Positions 27,260 through 36,513 of a stretch of DNA of 64,000 bases are shown piece by piece (positions within the stretch are counted from its first letter, which is position 1; the number at the start of each line of letters is the position of its first letter). The notes beneath the pieces are model-generated. The model did no database searches. It had not been told where the DNA came from and was given only the letters and a program-made list of their open reading frames with translations. The position numbers and the translations under genes are program-made. Origin of the DNA: an uncultured Clostridia bacterium (GTDB taxonomy: Bacteria; Bacillota; Clostridia; Christensenellales; Borkfalkiaceae); the NCBI GenBank assembly GCA_944354035.1, contig CALVPS010000005.1:6537-70536 (forward strand), in the 5' to 3' direction.

Positions 27260-28915
27260 TCACATCATGTAGTTTAAAATTTCTTCCGTCATATACTTGT
27301 TGGCGCCGAACATCTCCACGATCTTATCCAGCGACCGCTCGCCGTTTTTTATGCGCGCTTCGCGGTAGATCGCCGCCGCAAGCGCCGCGCGCTCGTCGCA
27401 GTACGAAAGCGCGCCCGCCTCGTCCAGCGTGTCGTATATGTCCTCGGCCGCGGCACATATCTTCCCCTCGTTTTCGTCGCCGAGCAGGGCGAACTTGGCG
27501 TAAACGTCGGCAAACGCGTTTAAAAAGGCGGCGTGCTTTTTGGGGCCGATCTCCAGCTTATGCGTAAAAAATTCTTTGTAGATATTGCAGATGACCGTAC
27601 CGAACGAATCCTCCTCGTCGCGCGCCGTCAGCTCGTGCAGGACGGAGAGTTTTACGTATTCGCTCCCCTTGCAATCCAAAAGGATCTCCCGCAAAAAAGC
27701 GTCCGCACGCGTCATGTCGGCCACCTTTATCGCCAACATCTGCAGCTTGTCGTCCCGCCCCTCCATTTCGTCGAAGGCGATGTGCAAAAACTCGTTCAAC
27801 TGCGGCAGCTGCGCAAGTTTGCGGGCCTCGCGCTCGTCCATCGCCAAAATACCCAAAAAGAAGTTGGCGATCGTACGGTACTCCTCCTCCGGAACGCGGT
27901 AGAAGTAGGTCATCGAAAACCCATCCTCCTCCCCGTCACGGAAGCGGCGCATACGCTCCAAATAGTAACGCGCCACCGCACGGCGGGGATATACGGTCGT
28001 AAACACCTCCAGCGCGGCAACGGCCTCGTCCGTCCTTTGCGTGCGGAAGGCGGCGACGGCGTAAAAGAACAGCACGTTTTCGTCGTACGGCAGGCGGTCT
28101 TTCAGCACGGAAAGCTTTTCGAAAGCCTGCTCGTCCAGCCCCGTTTCGCACAGCGCGGTAGCCACGCGGTACAGATCTTCCGTGGCCGTAACGTCGAGCG
28201 AGGCAAGGCGCAGAGCCGTCTGCCGCGCCCCCTCCCTGTCGCCGCGCGCCCCCTGTACGGCGCAGTAGGTGGTAAGCGTCTGCACATTGTCGGGGTAGCG
28301 TTCGATCAGCGCGGCGCACTCTCGCTCGGCGCCCTCCTCGTCGCCCGACATCAGCGTACACATGGCGGCGAGCCCGGCCGCCGAGGGGTGATCGGAGCTC
28401 TCTTCCGGGATCTGCAAAAAGGTCTTTTTCGCCTCGTCCAGCATCCCGGAACGCAGGTACTCCAGCCCTTCGTTCAGCAGCTCGGGCTCAGGCTCGCCCT
28501 CGGAATGCACGATGCGCAGTTCCGGCACATGCGACCGCTCCTCCATCATACCGGCAAGCTCCTGCGGGGTGGGCCCCTCGTCGGAATAGGCGCGCTGATA
28601 ATAGATAGCGGACTGCAGGTCGTTCCCCATATTCATATAGGCCACGGCAAGCCCTTCGTAGCCTTCGGAAAAATCCGCCTCGTTGCAGGTATCCAAAAAA
28701 CGGAACCATGCGTCTGCAGCCTGCGGCCAAAGTTCCATCGCCTCGTAAATATCGGCGGCCAACGCCTGGGCGTCCGCGCTCGGCGCATACATCTGATTGC
28801 GCTTGTTCAGCATGGTCAGCGCACCCAGATAGTTGCCCTCCTGCAGGCGCTTATCGGCGCTCTCCAGCAAAAATTCGTCGCTCAGATCCAACCGCTGTGT
28901 CTTATCGTCCTTCAT
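27260..28915 (-). CDS. tetratricopeptide-repeat protein
   Basis: about 551 aa with repeated TPR-like A/Y/L patterns (GNYLGALTMLN, AVAYMNMGNDLQSAIYYQRA); start at ATG 28913-28915 preferred. Confidence 0.65.
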   Translation of the reverse strand: MKDDKTQRLDLSDEFLLESADKRLQEGNYLGALTMLNKRNQMYAPSADAQALAADIYEAMELWPQAADAWFRFLDTCNEADFSEGYEGLAVAYMNMGNDLQSAIYYQRAYSDEGPTPQELAGMMEERSHVPELRIVHSEGEPEPELLNEGLEYLRSGMLDEAKKTFLQIPEESSDHPSAAGLAAMCTLMSGDEEGAERECAALIERYPDNVQTLTTYCAVQGARGDREGARQTALRLASLDVTATEDLYRVATALCETGLDEQAFEKLSVLKDRLPYDENVLFFYAVAAFRTQRTDEAVAALEVFTTVYPRRAVARYYLERMRRFRDGEEDGFSMTYFYRVPEEEYRTIANFFLGILAMDEREARKLAQLPQLNEFLHIAFDEMEGRDDKLQMLAIKVADMTRADAFLREILLDCKGSEYVKLSVLHELTARDEEDSFGTVICNIYKEFFTHKLEIGPKKHAAFLNAFADVYAKFALLGDENEGKICAAAEDIYDTLDEAGALSYCDERAALAAAIYREARIKNGERSLDKIVEMFGANKYMTEEILNYMM

Positions 28916-29795
28916 CCGCCGTTCTCCCGAAGAGGGCATTTATGTCCTCCTCATCGAATGTATAATCGGTATTGCAGTAATGACAGTGCACGCAGACAGC
29001 CCCGTCGTGCGCAACAATATCCTCTGCCTCGCGCCGCCCCATGGCCAATACGGCCGCCGCGGCGCGCTCGCGCGAGCAGTGGCAGCGAAAAGCGATCCCG
29101 CGTACCGAACAGTCGTCCGCGCGCTTGCCGAACGCCTGCAGGATCCCCTCCGCCCCCTCGTCGCGGATGCGCCCGGAACAGTGGCAAAACGCGCCGATCG
29201 CGCGCTCCGTACGCGCCAGCACCTCCTCCGAAGCGCCGGGAAGGGGCTGCAAAAATACGCCGCCCGCCCCGATGCACACCCCGTCAGGCGTCACATTCAC
29301 CCCCAGGGCGATCGCCGTGGGCCGCTGTTCGCTCGTATAAAAATAGGCCGAAAGATCTTCGGCGACTTCGCCGGAGACCAGCTCGCTCGTCCCCACAAAG
29401 GGGAGCCCCTCGCCGTCGTCGCGCACTACGGTCAGCGTGCCGTGCCTGCCGATGCAGCCGCCGACATCCAGCTTCCCGTCTCCGCGCAGGGGAAGCGAAA
29501 GATCGGGCCGTCCGATAAACCCGCGCACGCCCAGCGCGCCGTCTGCCGTCACACAGACCTTGCCGCCCGGACCGCCGCCGTCGAGCGTGACCGAAACGGC
29601 GCTGCACGCATCCTTTAACCAACTTGCAAGATAGGCTGCCGCCGTCATGGTACGCCCCAGCGCGGCGGCCGCCACAGGCGAAAGTGCATGCCGCGCGATC
29701 GCCTCGTTGACGAGGGCGGTGGTATCGAGCACCGCCAGCGAGACCCGGTCTTCAAATACCAGCGTCTTATAAATTCGGCTCATGGTCTTTTGCAT
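28902..29795 (-). CDS. hslO: Hsp33-family redox-regulated chaperone
   Basis: 297 aa; C-terminal zinc centre CHCS...CHYC (FRCHCSRER...VCVHCHYCNTDYTF). Confidence 0.9.
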   Translation of the reverse strand: MQKTMSRIYKTLVFEDRVSLAVLDTTALVNEAIARHALSPVAAAALGRTMTAAAYLASWLKDACSAVSVTLDGGGPGGKVCVTADGALGVRGFIGRPDLSLPLRGDGKLDVGGCIGRHGTLTVVRDDGEGLPFVGTSELVSGEVAEDLSAYFYTSEQRPTAIALGVNVTPDGVCIGAGGVFLQPLPGASEEVLARTERAIGAFCHCSGRIRDEGAEGILQAFGKRADDCSVRGIAFRCHCSRERAAAAVLAMGRREAEDIVAHDGAVCVHCHYCNTDYTFDEEDINALFGRTADEGR

Positions 29796-30517
29796 ATAAA
29801 ATTCAATCGTTCTGCGCCCTCCCGTCCGGCGCCCAAATGTCCCTCTACTTTTAAGAGCGTAAGCCCCGCCCGCCCGATCGCGGCCGCCACGTCCGCCTCC
29901 TCGTGGATATACTGCACATGGCGCTCGTCAAAACGGTCAAACGCACCGTCGCCGCGCCGCGCAAACAGCGTTACGTCCATCTCCACCCGGTCGGGAAAGA
30001 GCTTGTTAAACGAAAGATAGGTCACGTCGTCCCGATCGTCCGCAAAGATATTATTGGCAACTTTTTCGCGGAGTTTGTATGCGGAACTCAAATCGAACCA
30101 AACGATCCCGCCGTGGGATACGCAGCCCGCCGCGCGACGCAGGGCCGAAGGAAGCCTGTCCTGCGGGATATAGTTATAGCAATCGTTGGGCGCAAGGATA
30201 AAGTCGAACGTCTCGCCGCGTGGCAGCGCGGCGGCGTCCGCCTGAACATAGCGCACGTCCAACCCCTCCTCACGCGTGCGGGCGGCCGCCTCCGAAAGCA
30301 TGGCCGCGGAACGATCGGCGCCCGTCATAACATATCCCGCGCGCGTCAGCGCGCGGCAGAATACGCCGCTGCCGCAGCCGACCTCCAGTCCGCGGCGACC
30401 CGCTCCCAGGCGGGCAAGGCCCGAAAGAAAATACTGCGACCATGCAGGATAGTCGCAGTCGTCGTTTAAACATTCAAACCACTTTGCAAGAAATTCGTAT
30501 GCCTGCGGCATTCCCAC
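29780..30517 (-). CDS. class I SAM-dependent methyltransferase
   Basis: GLEVGCGSGVF motif I and downstream D/A motifs. Confidence 0.85.
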   Translation of the reverse strand: MGMPQAYEFLAKWFECLNDDCDYPAWSQYFLSGLARLGAGRRGLEVGCGSGVFCRALTRAGYVMTGADRSAAMLSEAAARTREEGLDVRYVQADAAALPRGETFDFILAPNDCYNYIPQDRLPSALRRAAGCVSHGGIVWFDLSSAYKLREKVANNIFADDRDDVTYLSFNKLFPDRVEMDVTLFARRGDGAFDRFDERHVQYIHEEADVAAAIGRAGLTLLKVEGHLGAGREGAERLNFICKRP

Positions 30518-30537
30518 TCCTTTGCGGCCCTGTTTGC

Positions 30538-31833
30538 TTACCGTTTGGTGAGCATTTTGGGACGACGCGGCTTTTTCTTCTTTTTGCCGACGTCCTCTTC
30601 CTGCAGGGCGCGTTCGCGCTCCTCAAACTGACGGTTGTACTCCACATAGCGCTCGTCGTTTTTATGCGCCTCTTCGTACTCCTTTACGTCCTCCCGGATG
30701 GCCTGCTTGCTCTCCTTTAATTTTTGCAGATCTTCGCGGGAAAACGACTCGGGCAGCTGATAAATCTCCATGCCGTCGTCGATGGGCTTTACGGGGCGGC
30801 ACACCAGTTTGCTCTTGCCCTGCGCCACGATCTGACGGCGGTACTCGCGCATGGCGGCGCTGTCGGCCACCTGCTCGGGCGCGTTCATCTTCTGCTTTTC
30901 CTTGTTGTAGAGGCCGCGTCCCGTCACCACGCCGATATTGGGGTTCACATATTTATCGAAGGCCCACTGCGTAAAATCGAGCCACACCAAAAACAGGTAA
31001 GAAAGGCCGATCAGCAGCAAAAGGATGATGCCGATGATCGAGGCCATGTTTCCGCCGAAGATCGCCAAAAAGACGGGCCATGTGGCCGCCGCGGCAAAGA
31101 ACACCGTCTGCGGAAAGGTGCCGATGGTCATGACCACCGCGTTGCGGAACAGCGCCCAGGGCCCCTGTTTGTAGTTGATGCCCAGCGAGATCATCCAAAA
31201 GCAGAGCAGGATCGAAAATGCCATCAGCAGATATCCCACCACCTTGGAGGCGATCATCCACCCCGAGGCCGGCGAACCGACGGCCACCAGATAGTCGGCC
31301 AAATTGCCCATCGTGCGCGCCACAAACAGCAGCAGCGTTAATATGAGCACGGCCTCCAGCACGTTCAGATAGTTGCGCTTTATGCCGCGCAAAAAATCGT
31401 TGGCAACAAAAATACCCTCCGTCCACAGCAGGTTACGGATGATGTACGCGCCGCCGGAAATGCCGACGGCGGCAATGGCGCCCGCCGGGATAAACAATGC
31501 AAAAAACACCAGATCGGCCTGGAACACAGACATTTCGGCATAGCCTACCACATCCGGCATTACGGGATAGCCTACGCCGAGCCCCGAACCGTACGGCCCC
31601 AGCATGCCGTTCATGCTCATCGCCAGCATGCGCCAAATAATAACGCCCGCAAGCGGCAAAAAGGTGACCGCCATCAGCAAATTTACAATGACCAGCCTGC
31701 CCAGGCGGCCCTTTAAAATATCCCAAAACAACGACCAGCGGTTTGTGGGCAGCGTGCTGCGCGCATATTCCTCGCTGCGTTCTTTCCCTTCCAGCCAGCG
31801 AGCGATCAAGCCTTTTTTTTCTCTTTCTGCCAT
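30538..31833 (-). CDS. YesL/DUF624-like polytopic membrane protein with long charged C-terminal tail
   Basis: LFWDILKGRLGRLVIVNLLMAVTFLPLAGVII resembles DUF624; about six hydrophobic helices; Lys/Glu-rich tail; start ATG 31831-31833. Confidence 0.6.
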   Translation of the reverse strand: MAEREKKGLIARWLEGKERSEEYARSTLPTNRWSLFWDILKGRLGRLVIVNLLMAVTFLPLAGVIIWRMLAMSMNGMLGPYGSGLGVGYPVMPDVVGYAEMSVFQADLVFFALFIPAGAIAAVGISGGAYIIRNLLWTEGIFVANDFLRGIKRNYLNVLEAVLILTLLLFVARTMGNLADYLVAVGSPASGWMIASKVVGYLLMAFSILLCFWMISLGINYKQGPWALFRNAVVMTIGTFPQTVFFAAAATWPVFLAIFGGNMASIIGIILLLLIGLSYLFLVWLDFTQWAFDKYVNPNIGVVTGRGLYNKEKQKMNAPEQVADSAAMREYRRQIVAQGKSKLVCRPVKPIDDGMEIYQLPESFSREDLQKLKESKQAIREDVKEYEEAHKNDERYVEYNRQFEERERALQEEDVGKKKKKPRRPKMLTKR

Positions 31834-31958
31834 GAATGTCTGCTCCGATTTGCGGGCGCGGGCGCGCCGAACGCGTTCGGCGCGGCGCAAAACCACCGCA
31901 TGATACGCATATTGTACTACAAAACGAAAAATATTTCAATTGAAATGAAGCAAATTCC

Positions 31959-31987
31959 TTGATTTTTATGTGTCGGTATGATAAAAT
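31959..31987 (+). promoter_or_regulatory. sigma-A-type promoter of the asd-dapA-dapB leader
   Basis: TTGATT - 17 nt - TAAAAT. Confidence 0.6.
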
Positions 31988-31997
31988 TATAACGCTA

Positions 31998-32214
31998 AAA
32001 AGAGGAGCGGACGAACATGAGTACCCCGCGCGGAGGAAGAGATAAGGCTTTTCCGCCCGACGCGCGGGCAAAAGGGTATCTCCGCCGAAGCGCGCCCCGC
32101 CTTATCGGCGCGCTGGGTTTAAGGGAGAATACCCTTATTCCTGTCACCCGCGGGTGAAGCGCTTTTCGGCGGTGCGTTGACAAGCGATCGAGGCGGGCGT
32201 TCCCGCTTTTTTTG
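31998..32214 (+). promoter_or_regulatory. lysine riboswitch (L-box) with terminator
   Basis: Conserved L-box blocks in order: AGAGGAGCG, GAGTA, AAAGGGTATCTCCGCCGAAG, CTGG, CCTGTCA; ends in gcgggcgttcccgc + TTTTTTT; precedes lysine-pathway genes. Confidence 0.8.
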
Positions 32215-32261
32215 TTATCTGCGGCCGGGCGCAAAGCCCGGCCGAGAAAAGGAGAGGCTGC

Positions 32262-33344
32262 ATGCAAAAACAATATCGGGTAGGCATTATCGGCGCGACG
32301 GGCATGGTGGGCCAGCGCTTTGTCACCCTGCTGGAAGATCACCCCGTGTTCCGCCCCGCGGCGCTGCTTGCCAGCGCGCGTTCGGCGGGAAAACCCTATG
32401 CGGAGGCGGTAGGCGCAAAATGGGCCATGTCCTCCCCCATCCCCGCCTATGCACGGGAGATGCCCGTTTGGGATGCCGAGGCCGACGCCGATCGGCTGCA
32501 GGGACTTGTCGACTTTGTGTTCTGCGCCGTCAACATGAAAAAAGAGGACATAAAGGCGCTGGAAGAGCGCTACGCCAAGCTGGAGATCCCCGTCGTCTCC
32601 AACAACTCCGCGCACCGCGCCACGCCCGATGTGCCCATGGTCATTCCCGAGATCAACGCCGCGCACCTTGCGGTGATCGAAGCGCAAAAAAGGCGGCTGG
32701 GCACCAAACGCGGCTTTATTGCGGTAAAGAGCAACTGCTCGCTGCAATCGTACGTGCCGCTTCTGCACCCTTTAAAGCGCTTCGGCATAAAATATGCAGC
32801 GGTCACCACCTATCAGGCCATATCGGGCGCCGGAAAGACTTTCGAAACGATGCCGCAGATCGTCGACAACGTGATCCCCTACATCGGCGGCGAGGAACAA
32901 AAGAGCGAGCAGGAACCCCTTAAAATTTGGGGCGAGGTAGCAAACGGGACCATCGTAAACGCGGCGGGCCCGGTGATCACTTCGCAGTGCCTGCGCGTGC
33001 CCGTTTCGGACGGGCACACGGCGGCGGTGTTCGTCTCGTTCGAAAAAAAGCCGACAAAAGAGGAAATTTTGGCCGCGTGGCGCACGTACGCGGGCGAACC
33101 GCAGGCACTTGCGCTGCCCTCCGCTCCCAAACAGTTTATCCACTACATGGAAGAGGACGACCGGCCGCAGCCGCGGCTGGACCGCATGCTCGAAAACGGC
33201 ATGGCCATCTGTGCCGGCCGCCTGCGCGAGGACTGTCTGTTCGACTACAAATTTATAGGCCTTTCGCACAACACCCTGCGCGGCGCGGCGGGAGGCGCGG
33301 TACTGCTGGCAGAACTCCTGGCGGCCAAGGGCTATTTCGACTGA
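32262..33344 (+). CDS. asd: aspartate-semialdehyde dehydrogenase
   Basis: 360 aa, VGIIGATGMVGQRF, NCSLQS active-site Cys region, H-containing C-terminal half. Confidence 0.95.
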   Translation: MQKQYRVGIIGATGMVGQRFVTLLEDHPVFRPAALLASARSAGKPYAEAVGAKWAMSSPIPAYAREMPVWDAEADADRLQGLVDFVFCAVNMKKEDIKALEERYAKLEIPVVSNNSAHRATPDVPMVIPEINAAHLAVIEAQKRRLGTKRGFIAVKSNCSLQSYVPLLHPLKRFGIKYAAVTTYQAISGAGKTFETMPQIVDNVIPYIGGEEQKSEQEPLKIWGEVANGTIVNAAGPVITSQCLRVPVSDGHTAAVFVSFEKKPTKEEILAAWRTYAGEPQALALPSAPKQFIHYMEEDDRPQPRLDRMLENGMAICAGRLREDCLFDYKFIGLSHNTLRGAAGGAVLLAELLAAKGYFD

Positions 33345-33425
33345 TCGCGCGGCACTCCGCCCCGAGGGCGCGGTACTGCCGGCGGAGCTGTCGGCGCCAA
33401 GGGGTATTTCGACCGATCGCGCGGC
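33294..33425 (+). repeat. degenerate tandem duplication of the asd 3-prime end (2 copies, period about 73 nt)
   Basis: ggcgcggtactgctggcagaactcctggcggccaagggctatttcgactgatcgcgcggc vs ggcgcggtactgccggcggagctgtcggcgccaaggggtatttcgaccgatcgcgcggc. Confidence 0.85.
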
Positions 33426-33493
33426 GCCGCACATCCGAAGCGCGACGACCGCTTCGGCGGAATTTGAGCCGAAAGACGGCTGAGGAGAACATT

Positions 33494-34387
33494 ATGACCG
33501 GTTTTTTAAAGGGAAGCGCCACCGCAATGATCACCCCGTTTTACAATGACGGGGGCGTCAACTTCGATGCGTTCGGAGAGATGATCGAATACCAGCTTGC
33601 CAACGGGACCGACACCCTGGTGGTACTGGGAACGACGGGCGAGCCCGCCACCATGACCAAAGAAGAAAAAGAGGCTCTGATGCGCTGCGCCGTAAAAAAG
33701 ACGGCCGGGCGCGCCAAACTCATCTTTGGAACGGGCGCAAACAACACCCAAAAGGCAGTCGACGCCACCGTCTTGGCCGAGCGGCTGGGCGCGGACGGCA
33801 TACTGGCCGTTACGCCCTACTACAATAAGTGCACGCAGAACGGCCTTTACGAGTATTACAAGGCGATATGCGCCGCGACTTCCCTCCCCGTGATCTGCTA
33901 CAACGTCCCCTCTCGTACGGGCGTGAACATCCTGCCCGAAACAATGGAACGCATTGCGCAGATCGAAAACATTGCCGGCATCAAAGAGGCGAGCGGCAAC
34001 ATGGCGCAAGTGCTGGATACCGCCCGACGCATCCGCGGCAAGTGCGATCTGTATTCGGGCGAAGATCCCCTGAACCTGCCCATTTTGTGCGCGGGCGGCA
34101 CGGCGGTCATCTCCGTCGTCTCCAACCCCGCGCCCAAACAGGTGAAGGCGCTGGTCACGGCAGTGGAGCACGGCGACCTTGCCGAGGCCAACGCGATCAA
34201 CGACCGGCTGTTCCCGCTGATCAAAGCGTGTTTCTGCGAAGTAAATCCCATTCCCGCCAAGGCGGGCATGCGCATGCTGGGCTTTGCGGCGGGCGACCCG
34301 CGCCCGCCCCTCACCCCGCTCGAAGCGGAACACGCGGCTCAGATGCGGGCGGCACTGACCGCTGCAGGACTGGAGGTAAAAGCATGA
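33494..34387 (+). CDS. dapA: 4-hydroxy-tetrahydrodipicolinate synthase
   Basis: GSATAMITPF, VVLGTTGEPATMT, YNVPSRTG, IAGIKEASG (active-site Lys); RBS tgaggaga + ATG 33494. Confidence 0.95.
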   Translation: MTGFLKGSATAMITPFYNDGGVNFDAFGEMIEYQLANGTDTLVVLGTTGEPATMTKEEKEALMRCAVKKTAGRAKLIFGTGANNTQKAVDATVLAERLGADGILAVTPYYNKCTQNGLYEYYKAICAATSLPVICYNVPSRTGVNILPETMERIAQIENIAGIKEASGNMAQVLDTARRIRGKCDLYSGEDPLNLPILCAGGTAVISVVSNPAPKQVKALVTAVEHGDLAEANAINDRLFPLIKACFCEVNPIPAKAGMRMLGFAAGDPRPPLTPLEAEHAAQMRAALTAAGLEVKA

Positions 34388-35142
34388 CCGTTATTTTATG
34401 CGGCGCCTGCGGGCGCATGGGAAAAAATGTTGCCGATCTTGCCGTCGAGCGCGGCGTTACCGTGGCGGCGGGCGTGGATAAGCGCCCCGCCCCGGCCGGC
34501 TTCCCCATCTACGACACCTTTGACAAGGTGACCGAACCGGCCGACGCCGTGATCGACTTTTCCTCCGCAAACGGCCTGGAAGAGGTCCTTGCGTTCTGCG
34601 AGAAGCGCAGCCTGCCCGTCGTGCTGGCCGCAACGGGATACACGGAGGCCGACGACGCGCGCATCCGCCGGGCGGCGGAGCGCATTGCGGTGTTCCGGAC
34701 GGGCAACCTTTCGCTCGGGGTAAACTTGCTGCAACTGCTCGTAAAAAAGGCGGCGCAAATTTTAGGCGACGACTTCGACGCGGAGATCGTAGAGCGGCAC
34801 CATCGGTACAAAAAGGACGCCCCCTCCGGCACCGCCCTGATGCTGGCGCAGAGCGTAAACGAAGGATACGGCGGCGGCAAGCGGACGGTATACGGCCGCT
34901 ACGGCATGACGGGCGAACGCAGCGCAGACGAGATCGGCATCCACGCCGTGCGCGGCGGCACCGTTGTGGGAGAACATGAGGTGATGTTTGCCGGCGAGGA
35001 CGAGATCGTCACCCTTTCGCATTCGGCGCGCAGCCGCAGGATCTTTGCCTCCGGCGCACTGAAGGCCGCCGCCTGGCTGATCGGACGGACGGCCGGGATA
35101 TACGATATGCACGATCTGTTGGCCGATACGGTACAAGTGTAA
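34384..35142 (+). CDS. dapB: 4-hydroxy-tetrahydrodipicolinate reductase
   Basis: 252 aa, GACGRMGK NAD(P) motif, ERHHRYKKDAPSGTA signature; ATGA overlap with dapA. Confidence 0.93.
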   Translation: MTVILCGACGRMGKNVADLAVERGVTVAAGVDKRPAPAGFPIYDTFDKVTEPADAVIDFSSANGLEEVLAFCEKRSLPVVLAATGYTEADDARIRRAAERIAVFRTGNLSLGVNLLQLLVKKAAQILGDDFDAEIVERHHRYKKDAPSGTALMLAQSVNEGYGGGKRTVYGRYGMTGERSADEIGIHAVRGGTVVGEHEVMFAGEDEIVTLSHSARSRRIFASGALKAAAWLIGRTAGIYDMHDLLADTVQV

Positions 35143-35187
35143 TACGCACCTAAAAAACGAAACCGGGAGCACGCATGCTTTTCCGAA

Positions 35188-35227
35188 GCCCTTGCTTGTG
35201 CCGCACGGCACGGGCAAGGGCTTTTTG
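35188..35227 (+). terminator. intrinsic terminator of dapB
   Basis: gcccttgc...gcaagggc stem followed by TTTTT. Confidence 0.7.
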
Positions 35228-35337
35228 CGGCGTTGCCCGCGGCGCGCAAACCGCGCGCCGCGGGCAACGTGTTATCGTCCGACAAGCAGGCGCATCCATG
35301 CCCGAGCAGACCGTTCTGTAAAATACCTTAAAAACAA

Positions 35338-35501
35338 TCATCCACCGACATAGCCGGTGGTGTTTCATTTTCCTTCGCCTGCGGCTCGCGCCGCCATAGG
35401 CGGGGCGAGCCGCAGGCCCTCATATTATCGGCCTCGCGCAAGTCGCGCCCGGGACGGCCCGGAAGTCGCGCAATCGTTCCTTGCGGCCCGTAAACGGGCC
35501 G
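35338..35501 (+). repeat. interspersed repeat, module B, locus 2
   Basis: ccaccgacatagccggtgg hairpin + T-rich run, ctgcggctcgcgccgccataggcggggcgagccgcag nested hairpin, ends cccgtaaacgggcc; aligns with 17124-17287. Confidence 0.85.
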
Positions 35502-35514
35502 TATGCCTTCTCCT

Positions 35515-35640
35515 CTCTCGTCTCCCCTTTATAAGGGGAGGTAGCTTGCCGCAGGCAAGACGAAAGGGTTTTTATCAACGTCCCCGGTTTGCGACTCTCC
35601 CGCCTCGCTCCGCTTACCATACTCCTTTTATAAGGGAGGA
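35515..35640 (+). repeat. interspersed repeat, module H, locus 2
   Basis: ctcccctttataaggggag, gtagcttgccgcaggcaagacgaaagggtttttatcaacgtcccc, ctccttttataagggag; aligns with 16960-17090. Confidence 0.85.
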
Positions 35641-35678
35641 CGATCCGATGCTATAACGCGCTTTCAATTCCGTTCTGT

Positions 35679-35735
35679 TCATCGGCAAAGCCGCGCTTGT
35701 ACCCGCAACCGATCCGCGGGCTTTCGTTACCAAAA
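35679..35735 (+). repeat. interspersed repeat, module C, locus 2
   Basis: catcggcaaagccgcgcttgtacccgcaaccgatccgcgggctttcg; aligns with 17413-17470. Confidence 0.8.
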
Positions 35736-35762
35736 ATACGCGCCGCCCAAACGGACGGCGCG
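35731..35762 (-). terminator. intrinsic terminator of the 35800-36324 membrane-protein gene
   Basis: cgcgccg...cggcgcg 7-bp stem; T-run on the - strand. Confidence 0.6.
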
Positions 35763-35799
35763 CTGCCATAGACACACTTTTAACAAAAAACAGAATATT

Positions 35800-36324
35800 T
35801 TACTTCGTTTTCCCCACCAGCAGCGCCAAATTCGAGACGATCCCGCCGGCCATCACAAGATATGCGCCCGCGGCGGCAATAAAGTCCGTACCGCCGAAAT
35901 CACCGGCGTCGATGCCGCCGAACTGTCCCGCATACACCGCGGCAAACGTAATACTGAGCGCAGCCATCACCAAACCGACCGCCGCCAAAATAATGCGGAA
36001 CAGGCCGTTCAGCTTTAAAATGCCCAGCTTGCCCAGCACCAGTACGGCACAGGCGATCGCAGCAAAGATCAGCGAAAGCAGCGCAAACGCCTGCACCACT
36101 TCGATCCCGAATTTCAGATCGTCGCCCATGACCCCTTCACGCCATTCAAAATCCGCAAACAGTCCGTACGATTCCGTGCTGCTTTCACCAAACGCTTCGG
36201 AGACCTGCGAAAAGAACGGGATGCACACGCCGACGATCGTCAGCGCAAGGCCGACGGCGGCGACAGCCATCAGCACAATGTCGATCACGCCGAGACGGGT
36301 CTTCTTTTTTACCGCTTTTGCCAT
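35800..36324 (-). CDS. hypothetical small polytopic membrane protein
   Basis: about 174 aa, four to five hydrophobic helices; AAGGAGAGA RBS before ATG 36322-36324. Confidence 0.6.
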   Translation of the reverse strand: MAKAVKKKTRLGVIDIVLMAVAAVGLALTIVGVCIPFFSQVSEAFGESSTESYGLFADFEWREGVMGDDLKFGIEVVQAFALLSLIFAAIACAVLVLGKLGILKLNGLFRIILAAVGLVMAALSITFAAVYAGQFGGIDAGDFGGTDFIAAAGAYLVMAGGIVSNLALLVGKTK

Positions 36325-36513
36325 GATACTTCTCTCCTTAACAAATTTTGTCAAGCCTATTATACTACATGCCGCTCAAAAAAGATAGCCCTTTTTGCAA
36401 AAAAAAACCGCAGCACGCGGATTTTTTTTGCGATCGCCGCCCGTCGGCAGCATTTTTATTCTATCTCTTAACAACTTTGCGGCAGAATACGCCGCGTCGG
36501 TTCGCAGCGCCGC

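Noticed and set aside
36398-36430. A-run/short hairpin/T-run after the DUF3737 gene as a terminator.
   Set aside because: The stem is only about 4 bp (ccgc/gcgg), too weak to call with confidence.
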